Shown: piece by piece, positions 36,140 to 45,558 of the stretch
How the letters are laid out: the number at the start of each line of letters is the position of its first letter
How positions within the stretch are numbered: position 1 is the stretch's first letter
Assembly (NCBI GenBank): GCA_963645435.1
Contig: CAVISO010000001.1
Span: forward strand, 3,987-67,986
DNA length: 64,000 bases
Reading direction: 5' to 3'
Origin: Sphaerochaetaceae bacterium
GTDB taxonomy: Bacteria > Spirochaetota > Spirochaetia > Sphaerochaetales > Sphaerochaetaceae
Position numbers and translations under genes: made by a program
The notes under the pieces: generated by a model
The model's input: the letters and a program-made list of their open reading frames with translations, nothing else
Told to the model about the DNA's origin: nothing
Databases searched by the model: none

Positions 36140-38371
36140 ATGTCAGAAGTTAAATCAGTATCAGTTAAACTTGGTGACGATTATCTAGTCTTTGAGACTG
36201 GAAAGATTGCCAAGCAGGCTAACGGTGCAGTTTATGCTCATTATGCAGGTTCTGCAGTTATTGCCACAGTTTGTTGTTCGGATGCTCCAAGCGAGCCACT
36301 GGATTATGTTCCAGTTTCTGTTGAATACAATGAAAAGTATTATGCCGCAGGTAAGATTCCTGGAGGTTTCCTCAAGAGAGAATCTAAACCAAAAGACAAA
36401 GAGATTCTTGTTAGCCGTCTTATTGACCGCCCTATGAGACCTTTGTTTGACAAGGCTTTCAGCCGCGAAATTCAGATTGTTCCTACAGTTGTTTCCGCTG
36501 ACCAAGTCAATACACCAGATGTAATTGCTATTAACGCTGCAAGTGCTGCTGTTACTATTTCAGATATTCCATTTAATGGTCCTATTGCTGGTGTTAGAGT
36601 AGCCTTGATTGATGGTAAGTATGTTATTAACCCAACCTTCCAGCAGATTGAGAATGCAGATTTGGATATTGTTGTTGCTGGAACTCGTGAGGGTATCACA
36701 ATGGTTGAAGGTGGTGCACATGAGGTATCAGAGCAGAACATGCTTGATGCTATTGCTGCCGCTCAGCCAGTTATTACACAGCTTTGTGACGCTCAGCTTG
36801 AGCTCAGAAAGATTGCAGGCAAGGAAAAGCTTCCTGTTCTTGAGATTACAGAAGATCTTTCTTGGTTGGAGCCTATTCGTGAATATGCAAGACCTTTGGT
36901 CAAAGAAGCTTCTTTTGGTGGCAGCAAGGTGGCTCGCCACGACGCTTTGGCTAAGGTTCAGGCCGATACTCTTGTAAAGTATGCTGAAGAGATTGCTGCT
37001 CACGAGGATGGCAAGGCTCAGATTGCTAAGCTTTTTGATGATCTTGCTTATGAGATTCTCAGAGCCTCCATTCTTGAGGATGGAGTTAGAGTTGATGGTA
37101 GAAAGGTAACTGAGATTAGACCTATTACCTGTGAAGTTGGCGTTCTTTCCAGAACTCACGGTAGTGCTCTCTTTACAAGAGGTGAGACACAGAGCCTTGC
37201 TGTTACTACTTTGGGTACTGTTCAGGATGAGCAGCTCTTTGACAACATTGATGGAGACAAGAATTACAGTAACTTCATGCTACATTACAACTTCCCTCCA
37301 TATTCTGTTGGTGAGACTGGACGTCTTACTACTGGTCGTAGAGAGATTGGTCATGGTCATCTTGCTCAGAGAGCCCTTCAGGCTGTTGTTCCTTGCAAAG
37401 ACGAGTTCCCATACACAGTTAGAGTTGTCAGCGAGATTATGGAATCCAACGGTTCTTCCTCAATGGCATCGGTTTGTGGTGGATGTCTGTCTTTGATGGA
37501 TGCTGGTGTGCCAATTTCCAAGCCAGTTGCAGGTATTGCTATGGGCCTTATCACAGAAGGTGCAGATTACAGCAAGTACAAGATTTTGTCCGATATCTTG
37601 GGCGAAGAAGACCATCTTGGAGATATGGACTTTAAGGTTGCTGGTACTCGCGATGGTATTACTGCTTTCCAGATGGATATCAAGATTGCTGGCGTTACTC
37701 CAGAGATTATGAGTAAGGCTCTTCAGCAGGCTAAGGAAGGTCGTTACCATATTCTTGGCATCATGGAACAGACGCTTGCCGCTCCTAGAGCGGAGATTAA
37801 CCAGTATGCTCCAAAGATTCTCACAACTAAGGTTGAAGAAGAGAAGATTGGTGCTGTTATTGGTACTGGCGGAAAGACAATTAAGGGTATTGCTCAGGTA
37901 ACTGGTGCTGAAGTCAACATTGATGACACTGGTGTTGTTACCATCTATGGTAAGAACTCTGCAAGTGCTCAGGCTGCTTTGGAAATGGTGAAGTCCATTG
38001 TTGAAGAGCCAGAGGTTGGCAGAATTTATCAGGGTACTGTAAAGAGAATCATGGACTTTGGCGCTTTTGTTGAGATTCTCCCTGGCAAGGAAGGTCTTTG
38101 CCACATTTCTAAGTTGGCTAGAACTAGAGTCAATAATGTTTCTGATGTTCTTGAGGTTGGTCAGGTTATTCCTGTTAAACTCATTGAAGTGGATCGCACC
38201 GGCGGAAGACTCAGCCTTTCTTACATTGATGCTATTGATCCAGATGGCGAGACTAAGGCTCCAGAGAGAAAGCCTAGAGAAGGTAGAGACGGTCGTGATG
38301 GTCGCAGAGAGGGTCGTAAGCCTTTTAATAAGGACTTCAAGGATAAGAAGCCTAGAGAGAATAAGGACTGA
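36140..38371 (+). CDS. pnp: Polyribonucleotide nucleotidyltransferase (PNPase)
   Basis: Has two RNase PH domains (GRREIGHG, GDMDFKVAGT), a KH domain (IGTGGKTIKGI) and an S1 domain (GRIYQGTVKRIMDFGAFVEI). A basic, charged C-terminal tail follows. Confidence 0.95.
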   Translation: MSEVKSVSVKLGDDYLVFETGKIAKQANGAVYAHYAGSAVIATVCCSDAPSEPLDYVPVSVEYNEKYYAAGKIPGGFLKRESKPKDKEILVSRLIDRPMRPLFDKAFSREIQIVPTVVSADQVNTPDVIAINAASAAVTISDIPFNGPIAGVRVALIDGKYVINPTFQQIENADLDIVVAGTREGITMVEGGAHEVSEQNMLDAIAAAQPVITQLCDAQLELRKIAGKEKLPVLEITEDLSWLEPIREYARPLVKEASFGGSKVARHDALAKVQADTLVKYAEEIAAHEDGKAQIAKLFDDLAYEILRASILEDGVRVDGRKVTEIRPITCEVGVLSRTHGSALFTRGETQSLAVTTLGTVQDEQLFDNIDGDKNYSNFMLHYNFPPYSVGETGRLTTGRREIGHGHLAQRALQAVVPCKDEFPYTVRVVSEIMESNGSSSMASVCGGCLSLMDAGVPISKPVAGIAMGLITEGADYSKYKILSDILGEEDHLGDMDFKVAGTRDGITAFQMDIKIAGVTPEIMSKALQQAKEGRYHILGIMEQTLAAPRAEINQYAPKILTTKVEEEKIGAVIGTGGKTIKGIAQVTGAEVNIDDTGVVTIYGKNSASAQAALEMVKSIVEEPEVGRIYQGTVKRIMDFGAFVEILPGKEGLCHISKLARTRVNNVSDVLEVGQVIPVKLIEVDRTGGRLSLSYIDAIDPDGETKAPERKPREGRDGRDGRREGRKPFNKDFKDKKPRENKD

Positions 38372-38820
38372 TGAGTTTAAGTACTATTAAAGTTCGTTTA
38401 GGACAGGGGGCAAAGCTCCCTGTCTATAGTTCCAATCAGGCAGCAGGCGCAGATATCTGCGCCTGTCTTGTAAATGGACCTGTTACTATTGAGCCTCATA
38501 AGTGGCTGGGTGTTCCTACCGGGCTTTTCTTTGAGATTCCTGTAGGTTATGAGGTGCAAATCAGACCCAGATCTGGACTTGCTTTTAAGTCTGGTATCAC
38601 TGTTTTGAATGCCCCGGGGACGATTGATTCTGATTACAGGGGTGAGATTAAGGTTATTCTCATAAATCATTCGGACGTTCCGTTTGTGATAAATCATGGG
38701 GATAGAATTGCTCAAATGGTGCTTGCTAAGCACGAAACTGCCACTTTTGACACTGTATGTTCTCTTTCTGAGACTCAAAGAGGTGAGGGTGGTTTTGGCT
38801 CTACAGGGGTTAAGAGCTGA
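38371..38820 (+). CDS. dut: dUTP diphosphatase
   Basis: Matches include AAGADICA, RPRSGLA, GTIDSDYRGEI, DRIAQMV and RGEGGFGSTG. The start overlaps the pnp stop. Confidence 0.9.
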   Translation: MSLSTIKVRLGQGAKLPVYSSNQAAGADICACLVNGPVTIEPHKWLGVPTGLFFEIPVGYEVQIRPRSGLAFKSGITVLNAPGTIDSDYRGEIKVILINHSDVPFVINHGDRIAQMVLAKHETATFDTVCSLSETQRGEGGFGSTGVKS

Positions 38821-38837
38821 GGGTTTTGGAGGCTGCA

Positions 38838-40112
38838 GTGAGAAAAAGACCGCTCTACAGTAAACTTTACTGGTATGTGGGCAAAGAATATTTGTTCTCT
38901 TTCTTTGTAGCCTTTATCTTCTTTTTCTTTATCTTTTTTGTGAACCAAATTCTGGTGCTTGCCCAGAAAATCCTGCTGAAAAACGTCAATGTTACTGATG
39001 TTTTGATGCTGGTGGTTCTGACTATTCCACAGTTTTTAATGTACACAATGCCGTTCAGTTCGCTGGCATCGGCTAGCATGGTGATTGGTAATTTGTCGTC
39101 CCAAAATGAGGTGCTGGCGTTGCGTTCTTGCGGCATTAAGACGAGTAAGATCTTCGTACCTATAGTGGGGATTTCTTTAATATTATCGGTATCTACGCTG
39201 TTTATAGCGGATAGGATGATTCCGTATACCACTGAGAAGTACAAGGATCTATACGCCCAGGTGCTGCAACGCATTCCCACGCTGGAACTGGAGAGTTATA
39301 GCTCTACCACGTTTGGAGATAGGGTGATTTCCAACGGCCTGGTGGAGGGTAATACGGTTTATGATGTGCTGATTTTTGATGACACTTCCAGCTCCGATAG
39401 CCGTGTGATTTTTGCGGACAAGGGTACGTTTTCTGTGGTGGATATTGATCGCTTTATTTACAAGATTGAACTGGAAAATCCGCGTATTCTGGTCACGGAT
39501 GCATCTGCTGTGCAGTCTTATTCGGTAGCCAGCGCTGCCCGCATGACCATGTATCTCAATCTGTCCTCTCAAGCCTCTTCTGCAGTGTCCATCACACCTT
39601 CGCAAATGTCTATCAGACAACTAATTACCCTGGTATCCGAGCGTCAGGCGGACCAGAATTCCGTACTTGAGAGCCGAGATGCCGATATTGCTGAGTCTGT
39701 TGAGATTCTTGCCCAAGCCTTGTTTGAGACTGAGGGCTCTAGTGCAGTGGAGGTCTCTGCCTATAATCTTGCGCGTCAGGTCAATTATATCAATACAATA
39801 AAAGGGAATAAGAGCTACAGCTTCTACTATCAGTACTATAGGACTGAGCTACAAAAGAAGGTGGCACTGTCGTTTGCCTGTACCTTCCTGGTGTTTATTG
39901 CCTTTCCAATATCGTTTTTCAGAGTGAAGAACGGGCGACTTTTTGGTTTTGGACTTTCCATGCTTATTGCCTGTATGTACTGGTTTTTGCTGTACTATAT
40001 GCATACCCAGGCAATTATGACAGGTCTTCATCCTGCCTGGTTCATCTGGTTCCCTGATGCGCTTGTGTTTGTAATTGGGCTTGTGCTGATTCTGAGGTTG
40101 AGAAAGAGATGA
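38838..40112 (+). CDS. lptF: LptF/LptG (YjgP/YjgQ) family permease
   Basis: Has the N-terminal pattern LYWYVGKEYLFSFFVAFIFFFFIFFVNQIL, a large periplasmic middle domain and C-terminal TM segments. GGAGG at 38828-32 favours the GTG at 38838 over the TTG at 38826. The F versus G assignment is by gene order only. Confidence 0.75.
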   Translation: MRKRPLYSKLYWYVGKEYLFSFFVAFIFFFFIFFVNQILVLAQKILLKNVNVTDVLMLVVLTIPQFLMYTMPFSSLASASMVIGNLSSQNEVLALRSCGIKTSKIFVPIVGISLILSVSTLFIADRMIPYTTEKYKDLYAQVLQRIPTLELESYSSTTFGDRVISNGLVEGNTVYDVLIFDDTSSSDSRVIFADKGTFSVVDIDRFIYKIELENPRILVTDASAVQSYSVASAARMTMYLNLSSQASSAVSITPSQMSIRQLITLVSERQADQNSVLESRDADIAESVEILAQALFETEGSSAVEVSAYNLARQVNYINTIKGNKSYSFYYQYYRTELQKKVALSFACTFLVFIAFPISFFRVKNGRLFGFGLSMLIACMYWFLLYYMHTQAIMTGLHPAWFIWFPDALVFVIGLVLILRLRKR

Positions 40113-41221
40113 GACGTTTCAGACCCTTTAGTGTTTTAACCCGCTACACTCTATCCAGCGTCCTTAAGGTGGGACTTGCCACTGCAATGCTGGCTTCTCT
40201 TATGCTGGTAGGTGTGGACTTGTTTTCAAATCTTGATACCTATATTTCTTATGAAGTTTCCTTTGGACAAGCTTTTCTGGTTTCTCTGTTGTATTTTCCA
40301 GAGGCCTTTCTTCTTGCTTTGGGACCGTCCTTCTTATTTTCCGTAACCTATTTCCTGTCTATGCTAAGTGCAAACAACGAAATGATTTGCGTGCTTAATT
40401 CTGGCATTAGTTTGCGGCGTATTGTTGCCCCTTGCCTGGTGCTGGCAGTGCTATTGAGCGCCGGCTATTTCCTCTTTAACGAGAAGGTTGCAATTACTTC
40501 CTCTAATTTGAAGGACACTCGCTATAAGGCGCTGACCCGCAGAAGTTCTTCCCTGGATAATTCTGACATAGCACTAAGCGATATGCAGGACGGCTACATG
40601 ATTTATGCCGGACAGTTCGTGGATGAAACGTCCACGCTGTATGACGTGACCTATGTTGAACTGGAAGAAAACGGTGAGGCTTTTCGCCGTCTAAATGCCT
40701 ACCGCGCCCAGTATGACCAGGAGCGCAAAAGCTGGACCCTGTACGACTGCTACGAGTATCTGCCTTCTTCCTCCGCCACAGGTCAGACCGTTCAAGTCAA
40801 CTACTACGGCAGCCTGGAAATCCCTCGCCTGCAACTGGAACCCCAACTTTTCAGAAATCTCTCCTCAGAAATTTCCAAGATGTCGCTTGATTTGGCCCAC
40901 GCCTACGTCCAGCGCATGGAATCTCTCAATCCCGATGAATACGCCCGTCTTGGCACTGAGTACTATAAACGTATCTTCAGTTGTCTGACCCCCCTTGTTA
41001 TGATAATTATTGCCTGTAGCATGAATTATAAGTTTAAAAAGAACGTCTTGTTCTTCTCTCTTATTTGCTCCATTTGTGTTGCTGTTGTTTACTTTGTAGT
41101 GCAGATGGTCACCATCATGCTGGCAGACCAAGGGGTTATTGCCCCGTATCTAGGAACGCTAATTCCCTTTGCCGTAGTTCTGGTTTTGGCGGCTCTTATG
41201 TCTGCCGTGCTAAAGAGTTGA
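40109..41221 (+). CDS. lptG: LptF/LptG (YjgP/YjgQ) family permease
   Basis: It is a paralogue of the preceding gene, with an ATGA overlap and the same TM, periplasmic and TM architecture. Confidence 0.75.
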   Translation: MRRFRPFSVLTRYTLSSVLKVGLATAMLASLMLVGVDLFSNLDTYISYEVSFGQAFLVSLLYFPEAFLLALGPSFLFSVTYFLSMLSANNEMICVLNSGISLRRIVAPCLVLAVLLSAGYFLFNEKVAITSSNLKDTRYKALTRRSSSLDNSDIALSDMQDGYMIYAGQFVDETSTLYDVTYVELEENGEAFRRLNAYRAQYDQERKSWTLYDCYEYLPSSSATGQTVQVNYYGSLEIPRLQLEPQLFRNLSSEISKMSLDLAHAYVQRMESLNPDEYARLGTEYYKRIFSCLTPLVMIIIACSMNYKFKKNVLFFSLICSICVAVVYFVVQMVTIMLADQGVIAPYLGTLIPFAVVLVLAALMSAVLKS

Positions 41222-41252
41222 GTTTATTGGGGTAGCCTTATTGGCAAGCGGA

Positions 41253-41281
41253 TTGTAGATTTAAAGCCCTAATGGTATACT
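41253..41281 (+). promoter_or_regulatory. Sigma-70-type promoter placed for a (near-)leaderless tgt transcript
   Basis: TTGTAG (41253-58), a 17-nt spacer, then TATACT (41276-81). The tgt ATG at 41289 lies 7 nt after the -10 element, and no Shine-Dalgarno sequence lies between them. Confidence 0.4.
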
Positions 41282-41288
41282 AACCAGC

Positions 41289-42455
41289 ATGACAGAACAA
41301 ATTTATACGCTGAAACATCAAGATAAGAGCTGTAAGGCCAGAAGAGGGGAGATAACCCTTGGTCATGGCGTTGTTCAGACCCCAGCCTTTATGCCGGTTG
41401 GAACCAATGGAACAGTAAAGGGTATCTACCACGATAAAGTTGCCGCTATTGGCTATAATCTCATTCTTGGAAATACGTATCACCTTTATCTGAGACCAGG
41501 TATTGAGGTCCTCAAGACCTTTGATGGACTTCATAATTTTAGCAACTGGAAGGGAAACTTTCTCACAGACAGTGGTGGCTTCCAGGTTTTCTCTCTTAGT
41601 ACGTTAAGAAAGATTTATGAGATGGGCGTGAAGTTCCAAAGTCACATTGATGGTTCAAGACATGTCTTTACGCCAGAAAAAGTTGTTGATATTCAACAGG
41701 TGATTGGTTCTGACATTGCTATGATGCTGGATGTGTGTTCTGCCCCTGGAATCAGCTGGAAGGAAACCCTTCATGCCATGGATATTACTCACCTTTGGGC
41801 GGAGCGGGCTATTGTTCACAGGGATTCTCTGCTGGATACTACCGGAAGGGCTTTCAGAGGAAAGCTCTTTGGTATTGTGCAGGGAGGATTTTATGAGGAC
41901 CTGAGAGTAAAAAGCGCACAGACCATTGCAGCCATGGACTTTCCAGGTATTGCAATAGGTGGACTTTCAGTAGGGGAGACCAAGGAAGAGTTCTGTCACT
42001 TCCTAGCGCTCACTGCTGATGCTATAAATCAGGTTTCTCCGTCTAAGCCAAGATATGTTATGGGTATTGGTACTCCTGATTATATTTTGGAGGCTATTGA
42101 GAACGGAATAGACCTTTTTGACTGTGTTTTGCAAACAAGAACTGCCAGAAACGGTTCTGTTTTCACAGATGATGGAATGCTCACTCTCTCTAGATCCTTT
42201 AATGAGTTTGATCATAGACCAATTCAGGAAGGCTGTACCTGTGATGCCTGCACGCATTACTCCAGAGCCTACATGCGTCACATGTTTAAGTGCAACGAGA
42301 TGTTTGGTGGCATGCTGGCAACAGAACATAACCTTACTTATCTGTATAATCTTATGGCAAAGGCACGCAAGGCTATTGAAGAAGACCGTTTTAAGTCCTT
42401 CAAAGAAGAGTATCTAAAGCGTTTCTACGCAAACGGTGGCAGATGCCTAGGCTGA
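41289..42455 (+). CDS. tgt: Queuine tRNA-ribosyltransferase
   Basis: Matches include TPAFMPVGT, LGNTYHL, TDSGGFQV, GLSVGE and the zinc site CTCDACTHYSRAYMRH. Confidence 0.95.
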   Translation: MTEQIYTLKHQDKSCKARRGEITLGHGVVQTPAFMPVGTNGTVKGIYHDKVAAIGYNLILGNTYHLYLRPGIEVLKTFDGLHNFSNWKGNFLTDSGGFQVFSLSTLRKIYEMGVKFQSHIDGSRHVFTPEKVVDIQQVIGSDIAMMLDVCSAPGISWKETLHAMDITHLWAERAIVHRDSLLDTTGRAFRGKLFGIVQGGFYEDLRVKSAQTIAAMDFPGIAIGGLSVGETKEEFCHFLALTADAINQVSPSKPRYVMGIGTPDYILEAIENGIDLFDCVLQTRTARNGSVFTDDGMLTLSRSFNEFDHRPIQEGCTCDACTHYSRAYMRHMFKCNEMFGGMLATEHNLTYLYNLMAKARKAIEEDRFKSFKEEYLKRFYANGGRCLG

Positions 42456-42871
42456 TGAAGCACTTGAGATTTCCCTACCGCGGTGCAGGCATTGGACTGG
42501 TCTGCCACGGCTGCTTGCTTATGGGTAAACGCTCCAAAAAACCCTTCTTGGGACTATGGGCGGTACCCGGCGGAGGCAGAGAAAAGGGCGAAGCCTACCT
42601 TGACTGCGCCAAACGCGAACTTTTTGAGGAAACTGGTTGTAACCTGGACCTTCTAAAGCCCTATCTTATTTGCTCTTGGACACTTGCTGTTTTGCCCTTT
42701 TTTAAGTGGACTACTTATTTTTATAAGCTAGACTCGTTTGACGCTGAACTCAAGGCTAGCGAATTCTCTGAACTAGAGTGGGTACCACTAGAAAAAGTAA
42801 AGGCCCGCAAATGCAGGCCCTTTACAGGATTTGAAATTAGAAAACTTAAAGAATTTGCACAGGATCTTTAG
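42443..42871 (+). CDS. NUDIX hydrolase
   Basis: Has the Nudix box GGGREKGEAYLDCAKRELFEETG. It overlaps the tgt 3' end by 13 nt. Confidence 0.8.
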   Translation: MPRLMKHLRFPYRGAGIGLVCHGCLLMGKRSKKPFLGLWAVPGGGREKGEAYLDCAKRELFEETGCNLDLLKPYLICSWTLAVLPFFKWTTYFYKLDSFDAELKASEFSELEWVPLEKVKARKCRPFTGFEIRKLKEFAQDL

Positions 42872-43832
42872 AAGTATCGGTAGGGTCAATTTTGTAGACC
42901 CCATTGGACCAGGTGGCTACTATTTTTTCTTGGCTTGTGCCTTCAACTGGTGCAATGTTGACAACAAGGTTTTGTCTGATACTTCCGTAACCGGTTGTAA
43001 CGGTTGAGAGAGTGTAATCCTTTGTACTAATTGAAATAAAGTTTTCACTGGTCTTGAATACAACGTAATCTGTTCCCGTACTGTCTTTGTAGGTAAAAGA
43101 AGAGGTTTTGCCAGAGGCCAGGGTGTAGCTAAGAGTTGTTAGCTTTTCAATAGTGTTACTTTCTGTGATTTTATAGACAGAACCATCGGCCTTTAAGATG
43201 TAATAAGAATTGTTGATAGACTGGAAGCCTACAGTGACGTAGGAATTATCAGAAGTAACTGAAGTGATTGGAGTGCTTGAACTTGAACTTGAATTGTAGA
43301 TGCTTATTTTATTGGAAGTGTCTTCAACCAGGATAAGGTTTCCACATTCAAGGACGGTCTGGTAATTTTTAACTTCAACAAAAAGATTTCCATTTGGTTT
43401 ATAAAGTCCGGTTACATTTGACAAGGTAGCCATAAAAAAGCCGTTTGAAAGAAGTTTAATTGTTTTATAGTCTTCAAACTTTGATTCAGTCTGCCCATTC
43501 TTGTCGTACTTATAGATTGTGCCATCATGTCTATGAACTAGGAGGCTACCATCCTCTAGCAGTGTCGCTTCTTTGGCGTAATTTCCAGTTGCGGAAATTT
43601 CTGTGAAGGAGGTGTCCGTATGGGTATCGGCATAGGAAAGGCGGGTAATGCATTTGTCGGTCAAGAAATAGTAGTAGTTGTCAAAGGCACCTAGATAAGC
43701 ATTGACTTTGGTGCTGGATTCCTTGGTGGAGGAAGCAATTGCGGAGTAAATGCCGTCCTGAGCGTCCATGTTGCAGGAGCAAAGTATTGCGAGTAAAGCA
43801 ATTAAAAGGGTGAAAAGAATTGTTTTTTTCAT
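42846..43832 (-). CDS. Lipoprotein of unknown function (repetitive beta-rich, propeller-like)
   Basis: Has a signal peptide with lipobox LAILCSC. It carries recurring segments of the form G(T/S)(I/V)YK(Y/I). Confidence 0.55.
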   Translation of the reverse strand: MKKTILFTLLIALLAILCSCNMDAQDGIYSAIASSTKESSTKVNAYLGAFDNYYYFLTDKCITRLSYADTHTDTSFTEISATGNYAKEATLLEDGSLLVHRHDGTIYKYDKNGQTESKFEDYKTIKLLSNGFFMATLSNVTGLYKPNGNLFVEVKNYQTVLECGNLILVEDTSNKISIYNSSSSSSTPITSVTSDNSYVTVGFQSINNSYYILKADGSVYKITESNTIEKLTTLSYTLASGKTSSFTYKDSTGTDYVVFKTSENFISISTKDYTLSTVTTGYGSIRQNLVVNIAPVEGTSQEKIVATWSNGVYKIDPTDTSKDPVQIL

Positions 43833-43842
43833 GTGAGGCCTC

Positions 43843-44454
43843 CTAGTGTCGGTATGAAACGCAAACTGTCAGGGGAATCATGCCCAGAATAGAACTGGCT
43901 TCGTATTTGTTGTAGGAGCTGTTTTTGGTATAAAGTTCAGCGGTGAGCATGATGCCGCTTTCAATGCCAAGACCCCAGTTCTCTGTGATGTAGAAGGAGG
44001 GGCAGACGGTGAGGCTGGCGTAAGGGGAAAGATATTTGCTGTTGTCGTACTTTAAAAAGGCAAAACCAAGGTTAGCGGAAAAGGCCAGGTCAAACAGTCC
44101 AGTTTGTACTGGAATGTAGGTTAGTTTTGCTGTAATTGGGACGGTGGTGCAAAGGGTTGGTGACAGGGAATTGATGAATTGATAGCCTAATTCGCCTCCA
44201 ATTGCCAAATATTCGCTTAAAAAGCCCTGATAGGCTATTGAAGCAACCCCGCCAACTCTTTGCATGTGAATGTCACCAAAACTTTGGTTGCGACTTGAAT
44301 CGTGAATAAAAGAGAGGAAACCCGGGAAGTCCACGCCTGCTCTGATGGAGAAGACTTGGTCGCCTCGTTCGTAATATGTTGAACTGCAAAAGGCGGTACT
44401 TACTGAGAGTACCAATAAAATCACTATTAGTAATGTGCTTTTTTTCATGTTCAC
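43843..44454 (-). CDS. Small outer-membrane beta-barrel protein (8-strand OmpW/OmpA-barrel-like)
   Basis: Has a signal peptide and alternating amphipathic strands with aromatic girdles. The C-terminus is VCVSYRH. It lies 10 nt upstream of the lipoprotein gene on the same strand. Confidence 0.55.
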   Translation of the reverse strand: MNMKKSTLLIVILLVLSVSTAFCSSTYYERGDQVFSIRAGVDFPGFLSFIHDSSRNQSFGDIHMQRVGGVASIAYQGFLSEYLAIGGELGYQFINSLSPTLCTTVPITAKLTYIPVQTGLFDLAFSANLGFAFLKYDNSKYLSPYASLTVCPSFYITENWGLGIESGIMLTAELYTKNSSYNKYEASSILGMIPLTVCVSYRH

Positions 44455-44640
44455 CTCAATATAATTCTCTACAATAATAACAGCAAAGGGGCAGTTGATA
44501 AACTAGCAACCTAACTGTCAACACAAAAACACACAATATTATATAAAATTACAACTTTGCATGGTGTTTTAATTTGGTGGCATTTGTGTATAATGGGCTA
44601 GTATTTTATGCTGGCATTAAGGCTAGGGAGGTGTGACGCA

Positions 44641-45558
44641 TTGATTTTATCAGGTAAAGAGCTCAGCCAGATTGTAAATGAGCAGACGTCAAGATTATGT
44701 GCCGCATTTGTTCAAAGATTCTCAAGAAAGCCCTGTCTTGCTGTGGTGCTGGTAGGGGATAATCCTGCAAGCCAGACCTATGTTAAGGGCAAGAAGAAAG
44801 CTTGCGACCAAATTGGCATTGAGCATTTGGATTTTACTTATGATAACTCTTTAACTGAAGAAGAATTGCTTGCTACAGTCCAACGGCTAAATGAAAATCC
44901 TGAAGTGGATGGAATACTAGTTCAACTACCTCTTCCTTCTCAGATTGATGAAGTTAAGATTATCAACGCAATTGACCCTATTAAGGATGTAGATGGCTTT
45001 CATCCGGTTAACATTGGCAAGTTACTGCTTGGACAAAAGTCTCATGTTGCCTGTACCCCAAAGGGAATTCTAAGACTTTTAGATCACTATCATATTCTCA
45101 CTGACCGTAAAGATGTTTGTATTTTGGGTCGTAGCAATATTGTTGGCAAACCAATGGCGGCGCTTTTAATGCAGAAAGACAGAAATGCTACTGTGACTAT
45201 TTGCCATTCTTTAACTCCCGATATTGTGCCTTACGTGAAAAGAGCAGACATTTTAATCAGTGCAGTTGGTCACACAAATGTGGTGACTTCTGACATGGTG
45301 AAAGACGGGGCTGTGGTAATTGATGTTGGAATGAATCGGGTTCCAGATAGCTCAAAAAAGAACGGTTATGCGCTGAAAGGGGATGTGGATTTTACTGCCG
45401 TTGAGCCCAAGGTTAGTGCTATTACGCCGGTTCCGGGAGGTGTTGGACCCATGACCATTGCTATGCTTATGGAAAATACGGTGCTGGCTGCCTGCGATAT
45501 CAAGGGTCTTGAGGCAAGAGAATTGGTGGATGATTTGGATTTTGGAGTTGAGGCATGA
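44641..45558 (+). CDS. folD: Bifunctional methylenetetrahydrofolate dehydrogenase/cyclohydrolase
   Basis: Matches include SGKELS, LAVVLVGDNPASQTYVKGKKKAC, DGILVQLPLP, GRSNIVGKPMA and PVPGGVGPMT. GGGAGG at 44626-31 supports the TTG start at 44641. Confidence 0.9.
   Translation: MILSGKELSQIVNEQTSRLCAAFVQRFSRKPCLAVVLVGDNPASQTYVKGKKKACDQIGIEHLDFTYDNSLTEEELLATVQRLNENPEVDGILVQLPLPSQIDEVKIINAIDPIKDVDGFHPVNIGKLLLGQKSHVACTPKGILRLLDHYHILTDRKDVCILGRSNIVGKPMAALLMQKDRNATVTICHSLTPDIVPYVKRADILISAVGHTNVVTSDMVKDGAVVIDVGMNRVPDSSKKNGYALKGDVDFTAVEPKVSAITPVPGGVGPMTIAMLMENTVLAACDIKGLEARELVDDLDFGVEA

Noticed and set aside
41289-42871. The Tgt plus Nudix pair as a Dpd-like DNA 7-deazaguanine modification module.
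   Set aside because: This Tgt has the full canonical tRNA-guanine transglycosylase motifs and length. No dpdB-K-like helicase or ATPase genes are adjacent.
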